From positions 744,001-808,000 of the forward strand of contig OZ237742.1 of NCBI GenBank assembly GCA_965178125.1: a DNA stretch of 64,000 nt, read 5' to 3'. Numbering within the stretch: the first letter of the stretch is position 1; every line of letters begins with the position of its first letter. The notes beneath the pieces are model-generated. The model ran no database searches. It was not told the origin of the DNA and was given only the letters and a program-made list of their open reading frames with translations. Shown piece by piece: positions 13,101 to 25,085 of the stretch. The DNA comes from Bilabrum cf. latius. Its lineage: Eukaryota. Position numbers and translations under genes: made by a program.

Positions 13101-14707
13101 GGTTCGTCTACGACGCGATGGTCGAGGCTGCATTCCCGCCCTCAGACACGAACTACCACCGGGCTGAGGTGCTTGCACTCCTGCAGACTGGTACTGCCCT
13201 CACGTCGATGGCTGCAGCGGCGCGAGACCGGGCGCACGTTGCGGCTACGGAGGCAGTTTCTCTCGTGCTTGGCAGCCGCCCGGTCGATCACGACACTGCA
13301 TCGCTGCTGCTACAGCAGAGCGGGCGAATGCAACTCATCGGACGGGAGGCGGCGCTTGATATTCATTGCACTGCAACGTGGAGCGGTGATGACCCAGCCT
13401 CCTCCTCGCTAGCTGCCTGCCTGGCTGCCCTCAGCAGCAGCGATTAGGACGGCCGCTCGAATGCTGGCTTTAGGCACCGCGCGTGGGAGGCGGAGCAGGT
13501 AACTGCAATCGTTGACGCCAGGGTCGGCATGACCTCAAATTCTGCGGCTGGTGCCGTGTATCTGAGGCTGCGACCGTCTGCTTGGTGGCAGCTCTACCCC
13601 CCCTTGTCTGTCACAGAGGTGTCATTTCCGCCATCTCACATGCAGATGCAGGGCCGGGCCACTTCGAGCCATGCTGCCGTTGGCCTTGTAGCTGCATCTC
13701 GCTGTGTTGGCGACTTGAAGTGGAGCGGAGAATGCCCTTGGAAGCACCTGCATGATGTGCAACCGAGGCAGCTGGGCCTCTAGCCCTCGAGGCTCGGTTT
13801 GATGGCAGAGCCAAGAGCAGGCGGCAGCAGCCTATGGCTGCTCGCACACGGAGAAGCACGCGATGCAGCCCCAGATGACCCCAGCACAGCTGACTCCATG
13901 CGAACGATGCACGCCCTTTTATTGCCTGATTCGAAACAGGTAAGCCGGTGCAAAGCCCAAGGCAGCGCGACCGCTATTCAAGGACCTGGCGGGAGCACGC
14001 CGTGCGTCGTGCAGTCTGATGAGCTGGCCAGGCTGCTCCAGAACGCCAAGGAGGCACTTGCACAATGGCTTGATCCAGCAATGGCAGGAACTGGTGGGAC
14101 GTCGACCTCTAGGAGAGAGGCGAGCGAGGCGAGCACGAGCGCGCAGGAGCGCGAGCAGTTGCTCCGGCGAGCGCAAGCAGAGCAGGCCCCGGTCACGGGC
14201 CAGAATAACTCACGGTCGCATCAAAGTGGTACAACAACGCAGTCAGCGAGGACGCGCTGGCAGCACGAGCATGCCGTGCCTGCTTGGCTTCGAGTTCTGC
14301 TCCTAGGCTCGGACGGCGTGCGCAGGAGCGAGCTCCCGCTGGACGTGGAGGCTGTGCTCGCTCTGCTCCCCGCCTCTCGCGGTGGTGACACGGGCGATGC
14401 TTCGATGAAGAATCAACGACCAAGCAGTGGCGGTGGGCGGTGGGTGCGAGCGGAAAATGGAATAGTGGTTGGCGGGGGGAGCCGCGGGAGGGGGTAGACC
14501 GGTGGTGCTTCGGACGGGACTGGAGCTGGTACTGGCACGATGCGCCTGCACATACTCGTGGGGGAGCTTTGCGACCGGATGGCCGGGGTGATGGGTGCTG
14601 TCTCATGGGAGGCGGCAGCTCCAGCAGTTTCTGATACTCGGGGTGGGTAGGGGGCACGTGTGGACACCTGGGTGATTGCCCTGGCGCAGGGGCCAGGGGC
14701 GTGCTGA
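10178..14707 (+). CDS. Large hypothetical protein (about 1500 aa)
   Basis: ORFs at 9956, 10562, 11354, 12527, 13529 and 13799 share one frame and are separated only by TAG (9 sites); first TGA at 14705. No family recognised; start codon tentative. Confidence 0.7.
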
Positions 14708-14929
14708 TCTGATCTTGTTCGATTCGATTCGAATGCCGGGTCGATGGATGAAGCAGATAGAGAGAACGAAATACATGAATCGTTATAACTCACGACAGTC
14801 CAACAGCGCCAGAGTCTCCCCAAAGTGGTGCCTGGCTGGCAGCCTCGGCAGAGCCTTCTCTGCCAGCAGCCCAGTTCGCCCAGCCAGAAGCTAGGATGGG
14901 AGGGGAGACAGGTCCAACAGCCAGTTAGT

Positions 14930-15496
14930 TCACTCCTCGTCGTCGTCATCGTCGTCATCCAGGTCGTCCAACGGGTTGTCACTCTTCTTCTTCATAACAC
15001 GGAAGAACTCGTCGGGGCTGATGAAGCCGTCCTTGTCCCTGTCTGCCTCCTCAATCATCTCGCGCATCTCGTCGTCGGTCAGGTTCTCGCCCAGCTCCGT
15101 GGCCACGCGCTTCAGGTTCTTGAAGCTGATCTTACCCGTGTTATCGTCGTCGAACAGGGCAAATACCTTCATGATTTCCTCGCGGCTGTCCCTCTCGCCC
15201 ATCTTGCCGGTCATCATCTCGACAAACTCGTTGAAATCGATGGTCCCGGAATCGTCGGCGTCAACCTGAGCAATCATCTCCTTCACCTCGCTCTTCTTCA
15301 CGGCAAAGCCAAGCGCGCGCATTGCCGCCTTCAGCTCCTTAGCATCAATGGTTCCGCTTCCATCGGTATCAAATAGGTTGAAAGCCTCTCGCAGCTCATC
15401 CAACTGCTCGGTATCCAGCTTCGGTGCGTCCGCGCGACGGGAGCTCCCACCCAGGCCGCCACCAAGGCGCCCCTTCGAAGCAGATGGGCTAAGCAT
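14930..15496 (-). CDS. CETN: Centrin (caltractin), 4 EF-hands
   Basis: [51 protein letters not shown]; ends TGA; acidic tail. Confidence 0.95.
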   Translation of the reverse strand: MLSPSASKGRLGGGLGGSSRRADAPKLDTEQLDELREAFNLFDTDGSGTIDAKELKAAMRALGFAVKKSEVKEMIAQVDADDSGTIDFNEFVEMMTGKMGERDSREEIMKVFALFDDDNTGKISFKNLKRVATELGENLTDDEMREMIEEADRDKDGFISPDEFFRVMKKKSDNPLDDLDDDDDDDEE

Positions 15497-15979
15497 AGCT
15501 CTAGACTGCGTTGACCTCAACGATGCCTGCAAGAGTTGCAGCGGGAGCAAGAATTGAACAGAGTCAGAGCGTGGAATCAAACCACCAGCTGGTCCTGGGC
15601 GCCACGGCGAGTGCAAACGACCGCACCGGTAACTACCAAATGCAATCGACACGATGCCTAATCTTCATGGCCACTAGCAGCAAACGGTGCTGACTTTGAC
15701 GTGGGCAACCACTGCCAGAGCGATGCTGTATCTAGTTGCCGCCAACCAACCAGCACACGCGCCAACCCAGATCAAACCAACGATATGAAATCATAACAGT
15801 ATGCACACACTGATTGACACATCTTTCTTACCATATTGATATCCGCTGCTGACCAAGAGGCACTGCGAGAGGTTGCCGTTGGGCCCGCCAGGTCTTCAAA
15901 ATCGAGATCGAAACTATACGCTACAAATGAACCGATTGAACTTCGGAACTATCGTCAACAAATAGAACAGCGACAGTCT

Positions 15980-16918
15980 ATGGCTGGCGTATCCGCTGAG
16001 GAACCGGAAAAGAAACCTGTTCCCATCGAGAGGGAGGAAGATGAAAAGGAAGGAATCGAGCCTTCGGATTTGAAAGTGATATTGTTAGGTGACAGCGCTG
16101 TTGGGAAAAGCAAGCTAGTTGAGAGGTTCTTACTGGACAAGTACAACTCGAGGACAAGATCAACATATGCGCTGACACTATATAGGTAAGTTTATCTGGC
16201 CGGTGATTCGTGGGTGTCTTTTGCACATGGTGAAGCTGAGCAAACGTCACCTCCAACGGGTCTGAGCCTGTGGTGCCCTCTATGCAAGCGCAGGTATGAC
16301 TGCAAGATGACAGTTGATGATACAATAGGCGAAGAAGAGTTCAAGGTAGATATCTGGGACACGGCAGGCCAGGAAAAGTTCAACTCGATGCACGCCTCGT
16401 ACTACTACGGCGCCCACGCATGCATTATGGTCTTCGACGTGACTCGGAAAGCTACCTATCAGCATTTGCCAAATTGGTACAATGAATTAAGAACATACTG
16501 TCCGAAGATACCCTGCATTGTCCTGGCGAACAAGATCGATTTCAACAAGGAGGTCACAAAGAAGTCCTTCAAGTTTCCCATCAAGCACGGCCTGCCCATG
16601 CGTTTCGTGTCTGCCGCGGATGGCACGAACGTCGTGCAGATCTTCTAGGAAGCGATTCGGGACGCCATGGTGTACAAACGGACGAGCACGGACATCATGG
16701 CAGACGTGATGGACCTGCTCTAGGACGAGAGGCTGGGGGAGGGGCACGCAGGCAGGTTCTCCAAGGTGAGAGCAGAGGCGCGACGGGAAGACGGGGGTGA
16801 TAGCGGGGCTGATGGCTCTGCTGCTGGGAGTGGTCCTGGCGGGAGCAGTGCCGGGGGGGAGGAGGAGAAGGAAGGGGACAGTAGTGCTGAATCGGGGAGC
16901 GGAAGTGGGGGTACCTGA
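15980..16918 (+). CDS. RABL2: Rab-like GTPase RABL2; intron 16186-16293
   Basis: GDSAVGKSKLVERFL, STYALTLY, WDTAGQE, MHASYY, NKID, VSAADGTNVV. The conserved C-terminal helix continues through TAG 16646 and 16721; ends TGA. Confidence 0.92.
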
Positions 16919-17086
16919 GGCGAGGCGAGGCACGTAGAGCCCCTTCTCTTTTGGATTGAATCACTTAGCACGATTTATCATCAGTTGGCTCGAGCGATGC
17001 GTGATAAATTGTGTGGGTATCTTGGCATTGCTTGTCAACTCTGTGGGTTGGGGTTTAAGGCCCTAAGCGAACGACCATCAACACCA

Positions 17087-18809
17087 TCAGTACACGTCGG
17101 CTATCTGGTCCGCAATGGAGTCGCCCATGCGCACCCCCATGCCCACCTTGCCCTTGCCCTTGGACGTGATGCCCTTTTTCTTGTTCCTCTTCTTGAAGGC
17201 CTTGATCATGTCGTTGATCAGCTTGTCAACGGCCTTGCTGAGAGCTAGGCACGAGTCCGCGTCCAGACTCCCTTCCTTATTCTCGCAGCCCTGGGAGACG
17301 GCAGCCATGAGGAGGTCCCTGAGTGCATCGCGGAGGGGGGCGCGGCTGCCACCTTCCTTACGCAGCTGCACTGCCTTGCCGCACAGCAGCTCCATGGCCA
17401 CGCAAAAGTCCCCAGTCGTACCCAGGGGCATGGCCTCGGCCTTCTGGCGATCCGTGACTGCCTTGTCCTCGCCTGCGCCCTCCTCGTCGATATCTCCGGT
17501 CATCTTGGCGGCGGCCACATCGTCGGGATCCTCCTCGCCCTCGCCCTCGCCCTCGGCGCCATCATCGCTGTCGCTGTCGCTGTCAAGCCCCATGGCCGCG
17601 CTGGCGATGCGCTTCTCCTCGTACTTCTTCACGTTCGCCTGCCACTCCCTCAACGCCTTGGGGTCCTTGGGCTGCTCCCCAAACTTTTTGATGATGCGCT
17701 CCCTCCTCCTCCTGTCCTTCTCCGTCATCTAGGCGAGCTTGCTGTCCAGAGCGGCCTGCTCCTCGGCGGCTTTCCTAGCTTCCTCCTCCTCTTGCGCCTT
17801 TTTCTTCGCCTCCTCCTCGTCGGCGGCTTCGGCACCGGCACCGGCGCCGGACGAGGGTCCCTCGCCGTCCCCCTCCCCCTCGTCCTCGTCTGCAAACTCT
17901 CCGTCGTCGTCATCTGCGAAGCCGTCGTCCTCGCCATCGTCTGCAAACTCGTCGTCTTCGCCAGCGACCTCGTCCTCCCACTCCTCCCCTTCCCCGGCCG
18001 CTGCGCCCGCCCCTGCCGTGCCGTCTTCCAGCTCATCCTCCCACTCCTCGCCCTCGGGCTCCGCGGCGGCAGCCGATGCTGGCGCGGGCGCAGCAGCCGA
18101 TGACGCGCCACCCGCGGCGGCCCCACGGCCCGACTGCTTAGTCTTCTCTTTTCTTCGCTGCTTCTTCTTGCTTGCTGCCTCTTTCTTTGGCCTCTTTTTC
18201 AACAGGTTGAGCTTGGCCTGCACGTGCTTGCTCGCTTTGTTGGCCTCCTCGCGCTTCAAGCAGCCAGCCTGGCCGCTGCAGCCGGCTTCAAACCCCTTGA
18301 TGAGACTCTTCAACACAGCACCATCAGTGGCCTCATTCCCAATGGCCTCTGCGCCCATGGCACGGTCCACGATGACACTGGCTACTCCGCAGAAGTCGTC
18401 CATGGTGGCCAGCTCCATCTTGTCCAGGTTGGATGCAATGGTTTCCCTGCCGACAGCCTCGATCTTCTCTTCTTCCTCTTCAGCATCCTCACCATCAGAC
18501 CCTCCCATCAAGTCATCTGCGACTTCTTCCTCTCCACCTGATGCGAATTCCTCGTCGGACAGATCATCTGCGATACAAGCAAAGGCGGGCGCAAGCGCGG
18601 CGATGCAAGCTAGACGCACTGCTGTAGGTAACTATAGTGCGGATTGAATGCACTCCTTGTAGTAGTGTTTAGCGCGTCACTTGCTCACCGAAATCTGCGA
18701 TACGTGGAGAACGTAGGTTGCATTCGAATAAGAGCGGTTCCAAACGTAACCATTATAAAGATGCTGCAGCTTGCAGCTGACAGACACCATAATCAACAAG
18801 CTCACCCAT
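17087..18809 (-). CDS. eIF3j/Hcr1-like acidic protein; exons 18809-18806, 18694-18689, 18567-17087
   Basis: Acidic EEWED motifs, KYEEKRIASAAMG, MPLGTTGDF helical domain followed by a Lys-rich tail resemble eIF3j. One TAG at 17729; ends TGA. Family call is from remembered motif resemblance. Confidence 0.6.
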
Positions 18810-19118
18810 GACTGTTTCTTATTTCTTTGCTTTTTGTCGCGTTCTAGACCTGCTGGTTGCTCTTGGGCGACCTATTGGTTCCGCAACGACGCCGCGCAAA
18901 CTAAGTGCACGCAACCCCAATCTCGCGGTGTGGATTAATGGCGGTTGAGTCGAACAACTTTTGGCGGGCTGCAGCAACGAATCAATCGCCTAATTGTATC
19001 ACTTTGAAGTGTATTGGAAGTTGCATCTTGTGATCCATCGCCAGGGTATCACGGTCTGAGCGCTTCGTTCTTTTCAAGGCCAGTGCGGCAACAATCTCTC
19101 GCTAGCCAACCAGCCAAT

Positions 19119-22100
19119 ATGTCTGATCGCGCCGGTGACGACCTAGTATCGCGCATGCGCCGAATCGAAGGTACGTCTGGGGCTAGTGGATCGTATGGTG
19201 GGGGTGCTGGAGCGGCTGTGGGCAGCACAGGGGCTGGCGACGTGCAGCAGCAACTGTCTGCGCTATCTGCGCAAATGCAAGGCATTCGGGAAGACAACAA
19301 GAAGATTCAGGAAAGCCTGCAAGGATTGAGTCAGCTGAAACCGTTAGTTGAGCAGCTGTCGCAGCTCACTTAGGCAGTAATAACGATTAGCAGCGGGGCC
19401 GCGGGAGCACCACCGTCTGGCGCGCGGCAACATGGGGGCGCGCCCACCGTGGAGGAGTCGCCCGCTCGCCCAAGCCCTGGCATGCGCTCTGTCGCGTCAG
19501 CATCCCAGCCATAGATAGAGCTCCAGCGCTCGGGCATGTCGGCAGATCCCACTGCGCCGTCCAGCGGAGCCGCTGCTCCTGCCCCGCAGGAGAGCAAGGC
19601 ACCGGATGACGACGAGGCGGCACTGAGGGCGATCCGCAGGGACCTTCCGCCGCCACAGAGCGGGACAGGGGCCGATTTCTCGGCGTCTGGCAGCCTGAGG
19701 GCGGCCGCGGGCGCAGGTGCCGGCCCCAGTGTGGGCCCGGGTGCCGGGGCTGCCTTCCCCAACCCCGCCGCCCCGGAGCCCCCCGTTGACGAAGAGGACG
19801 CGCTGCGCGCGGCCCAGGCAGAAGACATCCCGCCGCACGGCCTCGTAGAGGACGGAAAGTGGACGGCTGCCCCCGTCCCGGTGGAGAGCGACATCCGGAT
19901 CTGGACGGGCACGTGGAACATGGGCGCCAAGGACCCTTTCCACAAGAAGGACATCACCAAGAGCATGGACCTCGTGACTAGGACCCTGGAAAAGTTCATC
20001 CCGCTGGACTATGACGTGTACGTGGTCGGCGTGCAGGAGGCCATGAGCGACTCGCTCTACCAGGCCATCGCTGCATACACGGGGTGCTTCCAGCTGCCGC
20101 TCTACTCGAAGCTTGAGCCGGCCAAGGAGTCAAAAGACAGCGGCACGCACTCTAGGCGCATGGGCAGGGCCATTTGCGTGCAGGAGTTCCTGGACGACTT
20201 TGCAGACGGTGAGCTTGGCCTTGAAGAATGCAGCATTGCTCCGCGCGCTGAATCTGCTGCGTTTGGCTTGCCCGGGCTCGCCCAACGTTTTCCACGGTCC
20301 TACGTTTTCCCGACCACTTTTCCAGCTGTCCTCCCAACCCGCCCGCAGGCAAGCCCCCGACACCGGTGACCACCGTGCTCAACATGATGGACCGCGTGTA
20401 CGGCAGGGGTGACGGCGCTCTCCTGCGGCCCAAGTTCACCGGGATCGCGGTCTTCGTGTCGGCGGCCGCCGCCCCGTACGTCCGCCTCCTCGGCGTGTAC
20501 AAGCACTCGTTTGGGGCCACTGAGGGCAGCAAGGGCGGCGTGGGTGTGGCTCTGGGAGTCTACGACCAGACCATGGCCTTCGTGAACTGCCACCTGGCCA
20601 GCAAGCGGATCGCTGCAAGGCAGCAGCAGTACAGCGATCTCGTGGAAAGGCTCGGCGCCAAGCTCGGGGGGCGCGGTTTCGGCCTCAACGAGGAGTTCCA
20701 TCACATCGTTTGGATGGGCGATCTTAACTACCACTGCACCGGCGTCACGGCCGAGGAAGTGGCCACCATGATCAAGCAGGGCAGGCTGGAGGACCTGCTG
20801 ATGCACCACGACGAGCTCATCCAGGAGAGGTTTAACAAGAGGGTCTTCTTCAACTACGACGAGCCGCTCATGCCCAGGGACTTCTTCCCGACGTACAAGA
20901 AGGTGCCCCACCGCGGCACCATCGACTACGACCGCGACCCGGACTGGGTCAAGCGGGTGTACGAGCTCTACTACAAGGAGCCTCTCATCAAGGGAGGCAG
21001 GACCGTGGAGCGCGTGCCGTCGTGGACGGACCGCATCCAGTACCACTCGCTCAGGTCCACCTACGGTAGGCTGCTTCCCGAGTCGACGGACCCCGATCAG
21101 GAGGGCGCCCCACAGAACTACCGCCCGGTAAATGACGGCATGGACATCAGCGACCACTCGCCTGTCTTTGCGACCTGGAGGCTCCGCATCAAGCTGGATG
21201 CGTGCGACGACGACGCCGTGGCTGAGGCTGCTGCGGCCAGGCAGCGCATACGCGGCTGCGCCATCGGTACAGGTACGCACGGCATCTCTGTGTGGCAGGT
21301 GCACCCCGTCCTGCGCCCCGTCCACTGCGTGGTCATCGTCAAGAACGTCCGGATCCTCTACAAGAAGGGCACGGGCGCGCCCAGGGCCCTGTCACTGCTG
21401 TTCCCTCTGCCCTTCGAGGATGGAGACGACCTCCCGGAGAGGTCAAAGGCAGTGCGCATGCCCTCTGCCGCCACGGCCTCGCACAGCTACAACCAGGCCG
21501 TGGACTCCGTGCCCTGCGTCGTGAACGCCGTGATCAGCCGCGCCGGCAAAATCCCCGACCTGCACCTCCTGCTCAAGGTGAGCCTGGACGACGGAACCAA
21601 GGCGCAGACGGTCGTGCAGATGCGCGACCTTGGCATCGACGTGCCGGTGGCACCCCCCGCGCTGCAGGGAGCCATCGAGAGGCGCAGGCACCTGCCGCTC
21701 ATCAGCCAGGGCAGGCCCGCCGAGTCGAGGGGGCACAAAGTAGCCGTTGAGTTCACGGTGGACTTCCGCGCCACGTACCTGGAGGACGACGAGGCGGCAG
21801 AGCACGGCCTGGCGCTGGGGCTGGACGGGTACACCAAGACGGCGCTGGCGCAGGGCGGGGCCAGCGCCGCCGGAGGCGGGGCCGGTGCTCTCGACGTGAG
21901 CGCCGCGGCGGACCGTCTTCGAGGCACCGGAGGCGGCATGGGCACTAGCGGCAGCGTGCTCGCCTCCCCGATGCGTGGGCCCATGTACCGCGACGACAGC
22001 GTGGACGGGTCCTTCGTTGGCAGCGGTGCTGCGGGGTCGGCGTACGGTGGAGACAGCGGCAAGGGCGCTGCTGGGGTGTACGAGGAAGTCGTGATCGACG

Positions 22101-22120
22101 TCGGATCTGACGACGACTGA
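19119..22120 (+). CDS. Inositol polyphosphate 5-phosphatase; intron 20209-20348
   Basis: GTWNMG, VVGVQE, SKGGVG, FVNCHLA, WMGDLNY, PTYK, PSWTDRI, SDHSPV; TAG at 19371 and 19512 in the N-terminal linker; ends TGA. Confidence 0.92.
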
Positions 22121-22344
22121 GCTGGCGCGCCCACTTCGGCCTCGGTGGGTTAGATCTAATGGAGACCACGGGGCTGGCTGCAAGGCTCAAAGAGGTTGTG
22201 GTGCCGTCGGTGTGGCAGTACGAGCGGATGTTGTGTTCCAGAAGATTAAAATATTGCAGTCGTGGTCCGTGTGCCAGTTCTGGCTCGTTCAAGGCCATCA
22301 ATTGTGGTCAACCGCTGCAGGCTTGCCAGCTCAAAGGGCGCGCA

Positions 22345-24555
22345 TTACCTGCGCCAGTTCCTTCCATTTCCAGAGTCCCTGCCACCCCCACCGCGATCGA
22401 ACTTCCTGCCTCCCCCATACCCGCCTCGCCCACGCCCACGCCCGCTCCGCCTGAAGTCATCGCCCCTGTCGTCACCGCCATCGCGACCGCCGCCGCCGTC
22501 GTACCTATCCCTAGGGCCTCCTCTATCGTCTCCCATATCGCCCTCAGGGCCCTAGTGATAGTCAACCGGACCTAGGCCACGACCCCCGGCGTCTGGCGCG
22601 ACCATGCCAGGCATGCCTCCTCCGGCCATCACGCCCGCCATGCCTGCAGCCGCAGCCGCTTGCTGGAGCACCTGAGGGAGCTAACCACCGTACATCTCCT
22701 CGGGGTAATACTTCCCATCCGAAGCAAGAACGTAACCGGGCTTGTGTGTGGGATCAAAGGGAGGAGGAGGAGGAGGCCGGAACGGGCCGCCAGGGGCTCC
22801 CATTCCAGGCGATGCACCAGCTCCTACCCCGGCACCCATGCCGCCCATGCCTCCCATCGCACCCATGCCACCCATCGCTCCCATGCCTGGCATGCCCATC
22901 GGTGGGCCTCCCCCGTACCCAGGCATCCCCGCCGGACCCCTGGGGGATCCATACCCGGCCCCCGAAGAACCTTCGGCCTCCCCTCGCCTATGCCTCTCGG
23001 GGGGCTGCACGCCCGGAGGCAAGCCGGGGTGGTGATGCCTGTCCTCCTCTCCCCTGCCTGCACCCCCATCATCGTCACCGTACGTGCCACCTGAACGCCT
23101 GAAATCCCCCCTGTCACCTCCACCCCTGCCATGCCTGTCCCAGGACCGGCCCTGCCCCGCGCCCCGCCTGCCTCCACCATCCCGGCCCTCCCAGTCCTCG
23201 CGACCCCTACGGTCCCCGCCGCCGTCTCGATCCCTGAAATCGCGCCGAAAGTCGACAGAGTCGTCGTCCTTGCGGCGTCCGTCGTCCCCCCCACGCCTGG
23301 GACGGTCATCATCGTCGCGCGCCCTGCGCCTAAAATCCCGGTCGCCCCCACCACCGGACCGTCCCTCGCCGCCCTTGGTCTCCTCGTCAAGCTCGCCGTA
23401 CAGCACGTCCGTAGGATCTCTAGACAGAGCACCATCGCCCCTGCGCTCTCCGTAGCCCTCGCGACCGACCCTGTCTTCGCCTGCAGAGCCACTGCCAGCG
23501 CCACCTCCTGATTTGTCGGGGTACACGATATCCACGGTCACGTTGGCGCCTTCAAGGCCGTTGCGCTCCAAATCTGCCTTGGCCGCCTCGGCAGCATCCT
23601 GGTGGACAAAATACACGTGAAAAAGGTCATCGTTGATGGTGCGGACGAACCGCACAGTCCCGAAATGCTTGAAAATGTCGCGAAGGGGCTAGAACGTATA
23701 GTGCTTGTTGTGTCCAGACACGATCAAATTGTACGTCATTGGCTTAGATCTGCGAGGACCAGGGGCTACTGTCGGGTGCTACTCAAATACATCGATACGG
23801 TTCTAGTTGCGGGTGGCTGAGCTGTTCACACAGCACGAATACCCGCGACTGGCTAAAAACGACTATGGAGCCACTGTGATGATTTAACCCACTTTTCCGT
23901 CTGCTTGCCATGGCTAACTTCAATTTTAAGCGGACGATCCATGAAGTCGGTACTGCGATTATACGAAATGCGATTTATCCGCGTGGACTGTGCGATCGAT
24001 CAGATGCAGCTGCTACGCGATCTGCTTTCGTCGATCTTGTACCCACTTGTTCAGCTCTGCCTTGGCCTTTGAAGCATCCGCAGGAGTCTCAAATATCACG
24101 AATGCGAACACCCCTTTAAACTTCTTCCTATGTATCAAAAGAAAAGGCAACAACGCAATCGAATAAGGATGCTGCCGAGCCGCATAACGCTTCGGTACCA
24201 CAAGGAGCCCGGACCAATGAGTCGGTTAACCTTCTACTGTTCGAAATATAATACGCACTGGTGTAGTCGCCAGCCTTGCAGTCTCAGATCGTTCTTCGCT
24301 CGGTTCACACTGATCTTCGAGCCAATCGCTCTGCCCGCCGATTCCTGGCAAATGTGGGGGTCCTACTGGGGCTTTGCATCCAATAAAGCAATTCCAATGA
24401 ACTGCCCTATTAGGACACCATTTCGCTCACTTAATCAACGTTGTTCGAATAGGCTTGAAAGGAGCGAACACATCAGCCAAATCCTGCTCAACAGCATTCG
24501 CAGGCATACCTGTTACGAAAAGCTTTGTGCCCTCCGGTTCGTTATATGCTGCCAT
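22345..24555 (-). CDS. Two-RRM RNA-binding protein (SR/Npl3-like) with RD/RGG-rich tail; exons 24555-24431, 24127-24047, 23952-23893, 23749-22345
   Basis: RNP2 LFVTGM, RNP1 VFAFVIF, second RRM with TF*PLRD (cf. SWQDLKD); TAG at 23689, 22681, 22552; apparent TAA stop at 22345-22347 (could instead be a GTAATG donor). Confidence 0.8.
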
Positions 24556-25085
24556 AACGAGAACAACTGATGGGTCGCACAAAGTTGCCCTGGTTGCTTG
24601 CCAAGGTGGGTTGAAAAATGCGTTGAGGAGCATCCGCGATTCAGGTATATTCCAAAATGCACGCCACAAAATCGACCACGGAACCTGCAAGAATCCTGAG
24701 TGTGTCATCGTCGCCTAGTATCTATGCAGTTGTGGCTCATCACACTCACCGAATTTGCGATCACCTGTGGGAGCATTGCCAGGTATCATGTCGAAGATCA
24801 TCCGTCAGCAAGCCACCACGTTGGCCCGCCAAGCCGGCCGGCAGCTTGCAGAGGGCAGCCACTGGCATACGCTGCTGTGCGCGACATCCCAGCTGCGCCC
24901 AGTATGCGCCCAGTATGAGTACTCAGGTGGTACTGAATGCCACCAAGCTACAGCAAGCCTGTAGGCTTATTTTCCCGTGCGTTCGTGAAGATCCCCGGAT
25001 CATCATACAGAAACCGGAACTGTGACCACAAAAAGGCGCAGCGCATCATCGGAGGTTGCAAGGCCACTTACACCGGTTACATTCA

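Noticed and set aside
16853-16859. Suspected frameshift in the G-run of the RABL2 tail
   Set aside because: Recount shows the frame is intact to TGA 16916-16918.
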